The notes under the pieces are model-generated. The model searched no databases. It saw only the letters and a list, made by a program, of their open reading frames with translations, and was not told the origin of the DNA. DNA of 64,000 bases. Source: a virus. Below are positions 32,753 to 41,039 of the stretch, piece by piece (position 1 is the first letter of the stretch; each line of letters starts with the position of its first letter). The position numbers and the translations under genes were made by a program. The stretch lies in the IMG/VR virus record IMGVR_UViG_3300045988_164075; one strand, given 5' to 3'.

Positions 32753-32903
32753 AATACTAAAAATCATAGAATCTATTGGAATAAGTTCAATAGTTCTTAG
32801 CGCATTATTTGCTTGTTTATGGCTACCTGGATTCTATTTCTTTATTCTTTTATTTGTAGTAAGTTTAGGTATTTGGTTTATTATAGATATATGGATAGAA
32901 TAG
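32712..32903 (+). CDS. Small membrane protein.
   Basis: 63-aa ORF. The exact start is uncertain. Confidence 0.3.
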   Translation: MKKRKMILKMKVDKILKIIESIGISSIVLSALFACLWLPGFYFFILLFVVSLGIWFIIDIWIE

Positions 32904-33060
32904 GAAAAATATTACAATTTTAGTATTTTATACTCTTATCATGTACTAAATTTGGAAGAAACAATGATACGATTTCCATCAAAACTCTTTAAGTATGAGG
33001 GAGTTGCAATAATAGTTAGCTTAATTGTATCGATTGTAATTATCTTAATTTTTTCTTTAA

Positions 33061-33603
33061 AATAGTTGCATATCTAATAATTTATATATATATATTTGTC
33101 ACACTTTATACAAAATAGAAATAACTATTAAAATCGAAAATAATGCAGTTGAAAGTAACTCTACAGAAGATCTTTCAGCCAAAATACATCGTAGAATTCA
33201 ATCGATTGAAAAGCTACTTAAGGCAGCAGAAATAGTTAATGAAGGTTAGACTCCAGATTGGAATAATGAATTTCAATATAAATATTTTATTACAATTGTA
33301 CGTAGTATGGGTCAAAATATACTGCAAACCGCAGGAACAACTGCATTATCTACTTTTGATAGATTAGTATATTTTAAATCTAGTAATGTTGTAAAACAAG
33401 TAGTTGACCCTCTCGGAGAAGAAACTATTATGAACGCTTTAGTTTTTGAATAGCTATGAAATAAATCTTCGGATTATACGTATGAATCTACTATTGAAAT
33501 TAATACTCTAGAAGAGTTAATTGAATTTCAGAAAACTTGCGGATGTGAAATCATTCTTATAGATGAAAATGAGATTGAAATTTACGATGATTTTCGAGAA
33601 TAA
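33061..33603 (+). pseudogene. Decayed gene: no in-frame start, with in-frame TAG x2 and TGA x1.
   Basis: The frame reads ..AAEIVNEG[TAG]TPDWNNEFQYKYF...FDRLVYFKSSNVVKQVVDPLGEE..VFE[TAG]L[TGA]NKSSDYTYES..IEIYDDFRE*. The only ATG (33143) is in another frame. Confidence 0.45.
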
Positions 33604-33615
33604 TTAATAATATGT

Positions 33616-33702
33616 TGCTCGGATGGTGGAATTAGGTATACACGCTGCATTTAAGCTGCAGTGATCTTGCGATCTTGTGGGTTCGAGTCCCACTCCGAGT
33701 AC
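33616..33702 (+). tRNA. tRNA-Leu(TAA), class II.
   Basis: Acceptor TGCTCGG/CCGAGTA, anticodon arm CTGCA-TTTAAGC-TGCAG, long variable arm, T-arm GTGGG-TTCGAGT-CCCAC. Confidence 0.8.
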
Positions 33703-33716
33703 AACATTATTTATGA

Positions 33717-33789
33717 TAGAGTGTGTATTGTAATGGTAACATACCGCATTTGGGATGCGGAGTCGCAGTTCGAATCTGACACACTCTAC
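33717..33789 (+). tRNA. tRNA-Pro(TGG)-like with an irregular T-stem.
   Basis: Acceptor TAGAGTG/CACTCTA, anticodon arm CCGCA-TTTGGGA-TGCGG. The T-arm GTC(GC)AG-TTCGAAT-CTGAC has a 2-nt bulge. Confidence 0.55.
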
Positions 33790-34061
33790 TATTAATTTTT
33801 AAAAATTATGTATTACCTATTTGTTGCAAAAGATTTACACATTACCGTTTATATTGGAAGGAAGGATATGAATTAGTACATTGTGTTCTGAGAAATGGAA
33901 ATTATGTATTTTTAAAAAGAAAATAAGACTATAACATAATACTAATCGATCGTAAATATAGTGTTATAGTCAGTCCTGATAAGTGCGAAAATCTGCAAAT
34001 TTTCAATGCGAAACAGGCAGACTGTTGCAGCAGTTGTCAAAGTCTACTTTGTAGCTAGACG

Positions 34062-34092
34062 GAGGATCAAAATCCGTGATCCTCTTTTATAA
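34062..34092 (+). terminator. Rho-independent terminator.
   Basis: GAGGATC-N9-GATCCTC followed by TTTTATAATTTT. Confidence 0.55.
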
Positions 34093-34131
34093 TTTTGCTT
34101 CTACCTTTGGTAGGAAGTCTATAGAGGTTTT

Positions 34132-34164
34132 GAACATTGAACCCGTAATCAATGTTCTTTATTT
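34132..34164 (+). terminator. Hairpin terminator.
   Basis: GAACATTGA-N8-TCAATGTTC followed by TTTATTT. Confidence 0.5.
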
Positions 34165-34165
34165 A

Positions 34166-34239
34166 GGGCCTATAGCTCAATTGGTTAGAGCAACTGACTC
34201 ATAATCAGTAGGTTACAGAATCATGCTCTGTTAGGCCCA
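34166..34239 (+). tRNA. tRNA-Met(CAT), with CCA encoded downstream.
   Basis: GGGCCTA-TA-GCTC-AATTGGTTA-GAGC, anticodon arm ACTGA-CTCATAA-TCAGT, T-arm ACAGA-ATCATGC-TCTGT, then TAGGCCC-A-CCA. Confidence 0.8.
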
Positions 34240-34435
34240 CCAGTTTATATAATCCGAGGGTGGAGGATATAGGAATAATACACGATTCTTATTTAGGGGA
34301 GAAGCTTTACGTGTATAAAGCTTTGAAGGGATAACGTGTAGGATTATTAAAGTAGGAGATTGATAGATTTGCTAGCGTTTTTAAAAGTATATTCCCTCTC
34401 CTACTTATTTGAACTTTCTTTAAATAACCAAATAT

Positions 34436-34633
34436 ATGAAAATTATCACAGATTATGGAAAAGCTATGACAATTAAAGAAGGTGATAGCTTTGTTGTAGT
34501 AGCTAACGATGGTACTACATTTGAGATTCATTCTACAGAAGATCATCTTTATATAAAGAAAGTAAATAAAGATGCAGAGGATGTAACTTTAAAGATGGTT
34601 CCAGTTTGCCCTAGTACAGTTAAATTGCGCTAG
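34436..34633 (+). CDS. Hypothetical protein.
   Basis: 65-aa ORF. Confidence 0.4.
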   Translation: MKIITDYGKAMTIKEGDSFVVVANDGTTFEIHSTEDHLYIKKVNKDAEDVTLKMVPVCPSTVKLR

Positions 34634-34645
34634 AGCAATTACTAT

Positions 34646-34718
34646 TGGGATATAGTGTAGTGGTCTAACACACTTGCCTTTGACGCAAGTAACCAAAGTT
34701 CGAATCTTTGTATCCCAA
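34646..34718 (+). tRNA. tRNA-Gln(TTG).
   Basis: TGGGATA/TATCCCA acceptor, CTTGC-CTTTGAC-GCAAG, CAAAG-TTCGAAT-CTTTG. Confidence 0.85.
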
Positions 34719-34736
34719 CTTATAAATCAAAGTTTT

Positions 34737-35429
34737 ATGCCAAAATATTGTTGAGACGAAAAAATAATTCGAGAATGTTGTAGGAATGCTACAAGTTACT
34801 GTGAAGTGTTAAGGTTAATGCATATTCCAATACATGGCAGTAATTCTCAAACACTTAAAAATAAAATTAAGAAGTATCAAATAGATATATCTCATTTTAC
34901 AGGAAGAGCTAAATCTTATACCAGCGCTTCAATAGATCAATATTTAGTAAAAGATAGTAATATTAAAAGTGCAAAGTTAAAAGAAAAATTACTTATAAAT
35001 CGTTTGAAGGAAAACAAATGTGAGATATGCGGAATTACAACGTGACAAGAAAAACCTATTGTAATTCAACTCCATCATATTAATGGTAATCCTACAGATA
35101 ATAGGATTGAAAATTTACAAATGTTGTGTCCTAATTGTCATTCTCAAACAGAAAATTATGCTCGAAAAGAAAGTATAAACAAACCTAAGAATGTATGTTT
35201 ATCGTGTGGAAAACAAATAGGGCGAAATTCTACTTACTGTAAAAGTTGTGCAGCAAAATATAGAAATAATAATTTAGAAATTCCTTCAAGAGAAACTTTA
35301 AAAGAATTACTTTTAATAAAATCTTTTACAAAAATTGGAGAAACGTATGGAGTTACAGATAATGCAGTTAGGAAGTGGTGTAAAAAATATAATTTACCTT
35401 TTAGAAAGAAAGATATTATAAAACCTTAA
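34737..35429 (+). CDS. HNH homing endonuclease (free-standing, inside the tRNA array) with two in-frame TGA.
   Basis: ATG 34737: MPKYC W DEKIIRECC... joins ORFs 34806..35045 and 35121..35429 through ..CEICGITT W QEKPIVIQLHHINGNPTDNRIENLQMLCPNCHSQT.. Confidence 0.75.
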
Positions 35430-35441
35430 ACTTAATTTACT

Positions 35442-35570
35442 ATGAAAAAGATTCATTTTAAAGCTTTAGACATGAAGTTTGTTGAAAAAGTAAAGAGTGA
35501 AAAAGGCGAAGATATAACTAAAACTGTTTGGCGTAAGGTTAAATATAATCCTGCATATTTTGCTAAATAA
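35442..35570 (+). CDS. Small basic protein, 42 aa.
   Basis: MKKIHFKALDMKFVEKVKSEKGEDITKTVWRKVKYNPAYFAK. Confidence 0.3.
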   Translation: MKKIHFKALDMKFVEKVKSEKGEDITKTVWRKVKYNPAYFAK

Positions 35571-35580
35571 AATTATGTTT

Positions 35581-35654
35581 GCCGTAATCTTCTAATTGGA
35601 ATAGGAAACTTGATTCTCAGTCAAGTAATGTAAGTTCGAATCTTGCTTACGGTA
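35581..35654 (+). tRNA. tRNA-Glu(CTC).
   Basis: GCCGTAA/TTACGGT, D-arm TTCT-AATTGGAATA-GGAA, CTTGA-TTCTCAG-TCAAG, GTAAG-TTCGAAT-CTTGC. Confidence 0.8.
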
Positions 35655-35675
35655 CACTTTTATTAAAACTAAACT

Positions 35676-36242
35676 ATGAAAACGTTACGTAAAACAGCAG
35701 AAGAAGCATATTTAAAATATGCAAATAAAATTATTAATCGTGAAACATGGATAGATGGTTTTATATCTGGTATACAATATAAAAAAGAATATCCACAATC
35801 TATCGAGCTTTGCGGCCTGCTGTGGGACACAGAGAATTTGGCCATCGGCGGTTACGAGAAGGACGGCCACCATTACTACTCATGGCAGGAGGCAATGGAT
35901 GCCGCGAAATCCGTCGGGAAGCGTTTACCAACTCGCGCAGAATGGGAAGAATTATGTAATTTAGGCTCAACTTGGGATGACGAGTTACGAGGTTATTGGT
36001 TTGGAGGCAATTGTGACTCGGACTACAAGGACTTGTTATTCCTGCCTGCTGCGGGCCTATGCGACATCAGTAGTGGCGAGGTGACTACAACGCGCTCCTA
36101 CGGTTTCTATTAGGCTTCATCACTATGTGGCAAAAGTAACGACTATGCGAGCAGCCTCTACTTTAACGCAGGAGTCGTCGATCCACTAAACGGTGGCAGT
36201 TATTCTAGCGGTTTTAGTGTACGTTGTGTACAAAATAAATAA
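35676..36242 (+). pseudogene. Fibrobacter-succinogenes-major-paralogous-domain-like protein interrupted by in-frame TAG (36111-36113).
   Basis: The GC-rich ORF 35676..36113 ends ..RSYGFY[TAG]. It continues open in the same frame as ASSLCGKSNDYASSLYFNAGVVDPLNGGSYSSGFSVRCVQNK*. The family pattern is G.YWSS...SVRCV, so the TAG sits where Trp is expected. Confidence 0.55.
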
Positions 36243-36248
36243 ATATAC

Positions 36249-36584
36249 ATGAAAATATCTAAATATCAACTTCCATCGGGAAAACATCTATTATTATATG
36301 GAACTAGAGATAAAGAACTTCCATATTATTTTCAATATATCGGAGAATACACTAAAAAAGATATAATATTACCTATATTTAACAAAGATACTATTATCAA
36401 TACTATACATGGAATGCGAACTTCTGATAAAATCTTAGTAGAAAATGGAATTGAATCTATTCAAGATTTATCTGAATGTTATTGTCAAATAAGAAATAAA
36501 GTATCTAATTTATCTAAAAAAGTTCGAGATTTAGTAATTAAAAAATATTCTGATATTATAAATAATTACAATTTTGATAAGTAA
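36249..36584 (+). CDS. Hypothetical protein.
   Basis: 111-aa ORF. Confidence 0.4.
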   Translation: MKISKYQLPSGKHLLLYGTRDKELPYYFQYIGEYTKKDIILPIFNKDTIINTIHGMRTSDKILVENGIESIQDLSECYCQIRNKVSNLSKKVRDLVIKKYSDIINNYNFDK

Positions 36585-36633
36585 TTTTTTGTGAAGTCAA
36601 AAATTATATTTATCTTTCTTTGTAATCTCTGTT

Positions 36634-36720
36634 GGAGAGTATCTGGCTGCATGAAGAGCTAATCTTGAAAATTAGTATTACGTTAATAGCGTAATGTGGG
36701 TTGGAGTCCCACACTCTCCT
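36634..36720 (+). tRNA. tRNA-Ser(TGA), class II.
   Basis: GGAGAGT/ACTCTCC, CTAAT-CTTGAAA-ATTAG, long variable arm, GTGGG-TTGGAGT-CCCAC. Confidence 0.8.
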
Positions 36721-36738
36721 CAACTTATACTAAATACT

Positions 36739-37026
36739 ATGGAACAGAGGATTAAAGAATTACTAAATGATATTGTTTGTCATAAAATATCTATTGGTGA
36801 CGGAGTTGAAGAAATTAAAAGATTATTTTCAGAATGTACTCATCCTGTAATGAATTATAATAGAGAAGATTATCATAGTAAAGATAAACGAATACTTGCA
36901 GGAGATGTTGCACAAAATCTTAATGTAGTTGTAGGAGAAATAGGATGTCCCACTTGTGGAGCTACAATGAAAGGGGGATTTGTTGAAAATAAATGTCCAT
37001 TTTGTGATCAACCGTATTTTAAGTAA
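36739..37026 (+). CDS. Zn-ribbon protein.
   Basis: ORF 36694..37026 is trimmed to ATG 36739 because its 5' end overlaps tRNA-Ser. Contains CPTCG...CPFCD. Confidence 0.45.
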   Translation: MEQRIKELLNDIVCHKISIGDGVEEIKRLFSECTHPVMNYNREDYHSKDKRILAGDVAQNLNVVVGEIGCPTCGATMKGGFVENKCPFCDQPYFK

Positions 37027-37031
37027 AAAAT

Positions 37032-37105
37032 AGATCCATCTTCTAATCTGGTTAGGAAACATGACTGATACTCATGCAATCTAAGTTCAAATCTTAGTGG
37101 ATCTA
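37032..37105 (+). tRNA. tRNA-Ile(GAT).
   Basis: AGATCCA/TGGATCT, CATGA-CTGATAC-TCATG, CTAAG-TTCAAAT-CTTAG. Confidence 0.8.
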
Positions 37106-37109
37106 CACA

Positions 37110-37179
37110 TGCGGCGAGGTTTGGTAACCCCTCTGGCTCATAACCACGAGTTTTGAAAGTTCGATTCTTTCCGCCGCAA
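37110..37179 (+). tRNA. tRNA(CAT) with a non-canonical body.
   Basis: TGCGGCG/CGCCGCA acceptor, D-arm GGTT-TGGT-AACC with a 4-nt loop, a 6-bp anticodon stem with a bulged C around CTCATAA, and T-arm GAAAG-TTCGATT-CTTTC. Confidence 0.55.
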
Positions 37180-37345
37180 CCGCGGTTATTTGAATCACAA
37201 CTAGGACAATAACAACGTTTGCATAAATGTGATATGGTGAAACGTAGGTAGGAGATAAATACAAAGATAAGGGAGCAAATGCCCTAGTAGACTGAAAATC
37301 CTCTCCTGAGCTAAGAACCTTTAATGAGATAAATACTTAGCACTT

Positions 37346-37415
37346 TCAAATATAGCTTAAGTAGTAAAGCCTTGGATTTTACCAAGAGATGTTAGTGCAA
37401 GTCTAACTATTTGAA
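37346..37415 (+). tRNA. tRNA-like gene with a 6-nt anticodon loop (ATTTTA). Identity unclear (Lys-UUU-like).
   Basis: TCAAATA/TATTTGA acceptor, GCTT-AAGTAGTA-AAGC, CTTGG-ATTTTA-CCAAG, GTTAG-TGCAAGT-CTAAC. Confidence 0.4.
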
Positions 37416-37432
37416 CTAAAAATTTTAATATT

Positions 37433-37651
37433 ATGGAAAAATTACTTACTTTTTTGGGTTTTAGTATACTAATTCTTATAACTATTAGTATTATTGCAAT
37501 TTTTACAGGAACGATAGTTTGGATTTTATGGCCATCAACAATTCCTGTAATATTAGGAACATTAGTTCCTGCTAAAATAACATGGTGGACATCTGTTAAA
37601 CTTTGTTGGATTTGTGCACTATTATTTAAATCAACGATTAAAACAAATTAA
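37433..37651 (+). CDS. Small membrane protein.
   Basis: 72-aa ORF with two or three TM helices. Confidence 0.45.
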   Translation: MEKLLTFLGFSILILITISIIAIFTGTIVWILWPSTIPVILGTLVPAKITWWTSVKLCWICALLFKSTIKTN

Positions 37652-37689
37652 AATATATCATAAAGTTACTAACAGCAAATTTAAAAATT

Positions 37690-37775
37690 ATTGTAGGGAG
37701 AACAAGGTTATTGGTTCGAGTCCAATCCCATTGTAGTGCAATGTAGGTAGCTCAATTGGTAGAGCATGTTTATTA
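37690..37775 (+). other. tRNA gene fragments: a T-arm plus 3' acceptor half, followed by a 5' acceptor plus D-arm half.
   Basis: ..GAACA-AGGTT-ATTGG-TTCGAGT-CCAAT-CCCATTG, then CAATG(TA)GG-TA-GCTC-AATTGGTA-GAGC-A-TGTTT-ATT.. No complete cloverleaf can be drawn. Confidence 0.35.
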
Positions 37776-37795
37776 ATAGTATAGTAACTTAAAAC

Positions 37796-37868
37796 GTACG
37801 GATGGCTGAATGGTTCAAGCAACAAGCTGTTAACTTGTCTTATATAGGTTCGAATCCTATTCCGTGCG
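37796..37868 (+). tRNA. tRNA-Asn(GTT).
   Basis: GTACGGA/TCCGTGC, ACAAG-CTGTTAA-CTTGT, ATAGG-TTCGAAT-CCTAT. Confidence 0.8.
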
Positions 37869-37893
37869 CTACACATTTTAATAACTTTAAAAG

Positions 37894-38322
37894 ATGAAAC
37901 TTAATAAAGAACAAAGATTAGCACTTGTTACTAGAATTAAACAACTTGCTAAAGAGGAACAGAATAAATTTATTGAACAAGTAGAAAAGGCTTGGATGCC
38001 ATCTGATAACTACATTGCTTTAAAGAAACAACTAAAGAAACTTCAAAAAGAAACTGATAAGGCACTTGAACTTATTAACGAACACTACAATGATAATTTA
38101 GATCAGCGCATTGTTCGAATTGGTTATGAACATGACGGTTACACAGATAAGTATATTGATAATTATCTAAAACGAATCGAAGAATTCGAAATTAATAAGT
38201 TATGTAAAAATAAACCTAAATTTGATTTTACTTATCTTGAAAATGATATAATTCTCGCTACAATTGAAGGTGAATCGATTGATGAAATAGTTAAGAATGC
38301 TTTAACGAAATATAGAAAATAA
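37894..38322 (+). CDS. Hypothetical protein.
   Basis: 142-aa ORF. Confidence 0.45.
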   Translation: MKLNKEQRLALVTRIKQLAKEEQNKFIEQVEKAWMPSDNYIALKKQLKKLQKETDKALELINEHYNDNLDQRIVRIGYEHDGYTDKYIDNYLKRIEEFEINKLCKNKPKFDFTYLENDIILATIEGESIDEIVKNALTKYRK

Positions 38323-38490
38323 GTCAGTCTTCTATTCGGGTTTTAAGTAGGATAGGATGGTAGTAAGCTACCGTAGCTTTTATAGATTTTGGAAACTTAA
38401 GCAATATAAATCTATCGTTTATGATGACGTTATATCATAGGTAAAATAGCTATTTTATAACAGAAGAGGTATGACTGGCCTCTTCTACGC

Positions 38491-38562
38491 GGCGGCTTCT
38501 TCTAATGGTTAGGAAAGAGAATTTTCAGTCCTAAAATAGCAGTTCGATTCTGCTAGTCGCTA
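38491..38562 (+). tRNA. tRNA-Glu(TTC)-like with a poorly paired anticodon stem (possible pseudo-tRNA).
   Basis: GGCGGCT/AGTCGCT, D-arm TTCT-AATGGTTA-GGAA, loop TTTTCAG, T-arm AGCAG-TTCGATT-CTGCT. Only 3 of 5 anticodon-stem pairs form. Confidence 0.45.
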
Positions 38563-38570
38563 CTAATAAA

Positions 38571-38644
38571 GTAACTTCAGCAAATTTTGGTTAAAATAAT
38601 TTCTTTGGATAAATTATGAATAAGTTCAAATCTTAAAAGTTACT
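38571..38644 (+). tRNA. tRNA-like gene with an 8-nt anticodon loop (CTTTGGAT) and a weak D-arm.
   Basis: GTAACTT/AAGTTAC acceptor, AATTT-CTTTGGAT-AAATT, (A)TAAG-TTCAAAT-CTTA(A). Confidence 0.35.
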
Positions 38645-38652
38645 TTCTATTT

Positions 38653-38723
38653 TCTCCCTAAGCATTAAAGTGATGCACGATCCTTTTAAGATCGGGAAGA
38701 AGGAGCGTTACCTTCAGGGAGAA
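38653..38723 (+). tRNA. tRNA-Lys(TTT).
   Basis: TCTCCCT/AGGGAGA, GCAT-TAAAGTG-ATGC, CGATC-CTTTTAA-GATCG, GAAGG-AGCGTTA-CCTTC. Confidence 0.7.
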
Positions 38724-38765
38724 CAAGTATATAATTAAATCAATCAAGTATATAATTAAATCAAT
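38724..38765 (+). repeat. Exact tandem duplication, 2 x 21 nt, CAAGTATATAATTAAATCAAT.
   Basis: It ends immediately before ATG 38766. Confidence 0.9.
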
Positions 38766-39230
38766 ATGGCAAAAATTTATCTTACTGGAGATTATTCTGA
38801 GGATGGAGGAACATATGCACTTCGGATTATTGCAGACTTACTAATAAGTAAAGGTCACAAGGTAACTTTCCCTGCACAATATAGAGTATCTTATACTCAA
38901 AAGAAAGAAGAATCTAATACAAGTTGGGCGTCAAAAGCGTTTATAAACAATTTGCATACAATTACAAACTCAAATTGTGTATTAGCTATTTATTCTGGAC
39001 TTATTTCTAATTCTAATATAGGTTATGAATTAGGATATGCTGCTGCAAATAATATCTTAACTGTTATAGCTCATGTAAATGCTGAGAATATAGCGGGTGT
39101 TATGTTAGCTTCTGGATGTAACTATAATGTTAGGTTTAGTGATATTAAAAAAATAGATTTTGATAAATTAATAGCAGATAAAGCTCCATCACATCAAGCA
39201 ATAAATGCTTGGATGATAACTCAAAGGTAA
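38766..39230 (+). CDS. Nucleoside 2-deoxyribosyltransferase-like protein.
   Basis: MAKIYLTGDYS...SNIGYELGYAAANNILTVIAH.. resembles the family's E-x-G-x-A core. Confidence 0.4.
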   Translation: MAKIYLTGDYSEDGGTYALRIIADLLISKGHKVTFPAQYRVSYTQKKEESNTSWASKAFINNLHTITNSNCVLAIYSGLISNSNIGYELGYAAANNILTVIAHVNAENIAGVMLASGCNYNVRFSDIKKIDFDKLIADKAPSHQAINAWMITQR

Positions 39231-39302
39231 AGTATATTTAAGGTTTCCAATAGCAATCTAAATATTAGTTTGAATTAATATTAAGAAATCTCCTTCTTTT
39301 AA

Positions 39303-39375
39303 GCGAATATTGTACAGTTGATTAGTATATCTGCCTTCCAAGCAGAAGACGACAGTTCGAATCTGTTTATTCGCT
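39303..39375 (+). tRNA. tRNA-Gly(TCC).
   Basis: GCGAATA/TATTCGC, TCTGC-CTTCCAA-GCAGA, GACAG-TTCGAAT-CTGTT. Confidence 0.8.
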
Positions 39376-39398
39376 CAGAATATAAGTTAATTTTAGTT

Positions 39399-39632
39399 AT
39401 GTTATTATTTTGTTATATTTGTTTAGGATTTTTATTTCTGCTTATTATTAGAAATAATTTTGTAGCATCTTTCCGAATGAGAATTCTTGATGAGATATAT
39501 GCGTGTGATAATTATATGTCATTATGTAAAGAATTTGATAAGGTTAGTTACGCTTCTATGGTTCTTAAGTTTTATAAACCTTTAAAAACTAAGTATTGGT
39601 ATTCTAAAAAGTTTTATGATATTATAAAATAG
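39399..39632 (+). CDS. Small membrane protein.
   Basis: ORF 39318..39632 is trimmed to ATG 39399 because its 5' end overlaps tRNA-Gly. Confidence 0.4.
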   Translation: MLLFCYICLGFLFLLIIRNNFVASFRMRILDEIYACDNYMSLCKEFDKVSYASMVLKFYKPLKTKYWYSKKFYDIIK

Positions 39633-39639
39633 ATATTTT

Positions 39640-39722
39640 GCCTCCTTCGCATAGTGGCCGATTGCACTTGCCTTGTAAGCATGTCTCTAATGAGCGCGTA
39701 GGTTCGAATCCTACAGGAGGCT
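39640..39722 (+). tRNA. Class II (long variable arm) tRNA whose canonical register gives anticodon TGT.
   Basis: GCCTCCT/AGGAGGC, anticodon arm CTTGC-CTTGTAA-GCATG with one U.U mismatch, variable arm TCTCTAATGAGCGC, GTAGG-TTCGAAT-CCTAC. GTA (Tyr) would need a shifted register that does not pair. Confidence 0.5.
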
Positions 39723-39946
39723 CTTAATTATATTAATATTTAATTATAAATATATGAGGAATTTGAAATCCTTACTACGGAGTAGATCTTTGGAGATATT
39801 CTAATAGCTATAATGAATATCACTAGATGCGTTAATATGAAATTAAACGGTAGCGCGCATAAACCGTTTATATAAGTATGAGGCAAAAGATAATTAAAAA
39901 GGAATTGAATGTTATCAACTACTGTATTTATAATTAAATATTATTC

Positions 39947-40018
39947 GGGGCTATAATATAATGGCTATTATATTAGATTTGCATTCTAAAAATTTGAGTT
40001 CGATTCTCAATAGCTCCA
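39947..40018 (+). tRNA. tRNA-Ala(TGC).
   Basis: GGGGCTA/TAGCTCC, TTAGA-TTTGCAT-TCTAA, TTGAG-TTCGATT-CTCAA. Confidence 0.75.
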
Positions 40019-40265
40019 CGCTATTCTAAAATTAATTAAATTATTTTCCTTGAATAGAAAAACTGTAATCGGTTAAAGGTTTATAAATCCGACGTTAAAT
40101 CTAAAAACTTTCCGAGCTGAAGAGCTTGGCGAAGGGAAATAATTTTTATAAAGTTACATACAGCAAAATATTATTGGGGACTTTTTGTAACTTACTTCCT
40201 AGGAATTTAAGCTAATTTAGTAGAAGCACTTGCCTGAAAAATTCTACACTAAAATATTATATTAT

Positions 40266-40946
40266 ATGAAGGAAATAATTGCTATACCAGATATTCATGG
40301 AAGAACTTTTTGGAAAATAGTTGAAAATGATAAATCGGATTCTACAATTGTATTCTTAGGTGATTATTTAGATCCTTATCCGCATGAGAAAATTACATTT
40401 GAAGATGCTTTAGTTAACTTTGAAGAAATAATTGATTTTGCTAAGGATAGAAAAAATGTAGTTCTTTTAGTCGGGAACCATGATTATCATTATTATTTTC
40501 GCACTGGAAATCTTGGATGGTCTAGATATAATCCTAAGTTTGCATCTGATGCACACACTCTATTTCAGGATAACAAAAATTTATTCACAGTAGCATATCA
40601 AGTAGAAAATACTTTATTTACTCATGCTGGAGTAGATTCTGATTGGTATAAAAACTGTGTTGAAAATAGAGAAGGAAATGTTGCTACTCAGTTAAATAAC
40701 TTGTTTCAAACAAATCCTGAGTTATTTAAGATTGTTAGTCGTAGTAGAGGAGGATGGTACCCATTTGGAAGCCCAATTTGGTCAGATTACGATGATATAT
40801 ATTTTTCCGATTTATTACAAAACGGAAAAATTAGGCAGATATTTGGACATACAATGGGCAGTATAATGCGTAACTACAAAAATATGTATTGTTTAGATTG
40901 TCAAAAGGTTTTTAGGGTTACGGATCAAGAAGTTAAAGAATATTAA
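40266..40946 (+). CDS. Metallophosphoesterase (calcineurin-like).
   Basis: ..IAIPDIHGR..GDYLDP..GNHD..THAG..GHT. The start is moved to ATG 40266. Confidence 0.65.
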   Translation: MKEIIAIPDIHGRTFWKIVENDKSDSTIVFLGDYLDPYPHEKITFEDALVNFEEIIDFAKDRKNVVLLVGNHDYHYYFRTGNLGWSRYNPKFASDAHTLFQDNKNLFTVAYQVENTLFTHAGVDSDWYKNCVENREGNVATQLNNLFQTNPELFKIVSRSRGGWYPFGSPIWSDYDDIYFSDLLQNGKIRQIFGHTMGSIMRNYKNMYCLDCQKVFRVTDQEVKEY

Positions 40947-40954
40947 TAATTTTT

Positions 40955-41026
40955 GGTGTATTGGGGTAGGGACTATCCTTCTCGACTGTCTATCGAGAGA
41001 CTCCAGTTTGAATCTGGAATACACCG
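40955..41026 (+). tRNA. tRNA-Asp(GTC).
   Basis: GGTGTAT/ATACACC, CTCGA-CTGTCTA-TCGAG, TCCAG-TTTGAAT-CTGGA. Confidence 0.8.
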
Positions 41027-41039
41027 CATTTAAAATTAT

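Noticed and set aside
36694-36738. Long 5' extensions of ORFs 36694, 39318, 40230, 24949, 29515, 46369 and 54042 as given in the ORF track.
   Set aside because: The extensions overlap tRNA genes or upstream ORFs, or start at non-ATG codons. Internal ATG starts fit better.
37690-37775. A circularly permuted tRNA gene (3' half upstream of the 5' half).
   Set aside because: The halves pair only if a 2-nt bulge is allowed in the acceptor stem. The anticodon loop cannot be completed, and no known processing system for permuted tRNAs is expected in phage or bacteria. It was kept only as 'fragments'.
37688-37876. A 62-aa minus-strand ORF.
   Set aside because: It overlaps tRNA-Asn and the tRNA fragments. 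It is an artefact of the tRNA sequence.
37346-38644. The idea that the 6-nt and 8-nt anticodon-loop tRNA-like genes act as +1 frameshift suppressors for the AAA-run frame breaks.
   Set aside because: The candidate quadruplets (for example CCAA for loop CUUUGGAU) do not occur at the shift sites, and the UUUU reading needs an opened stem. This is pure speculation without data.
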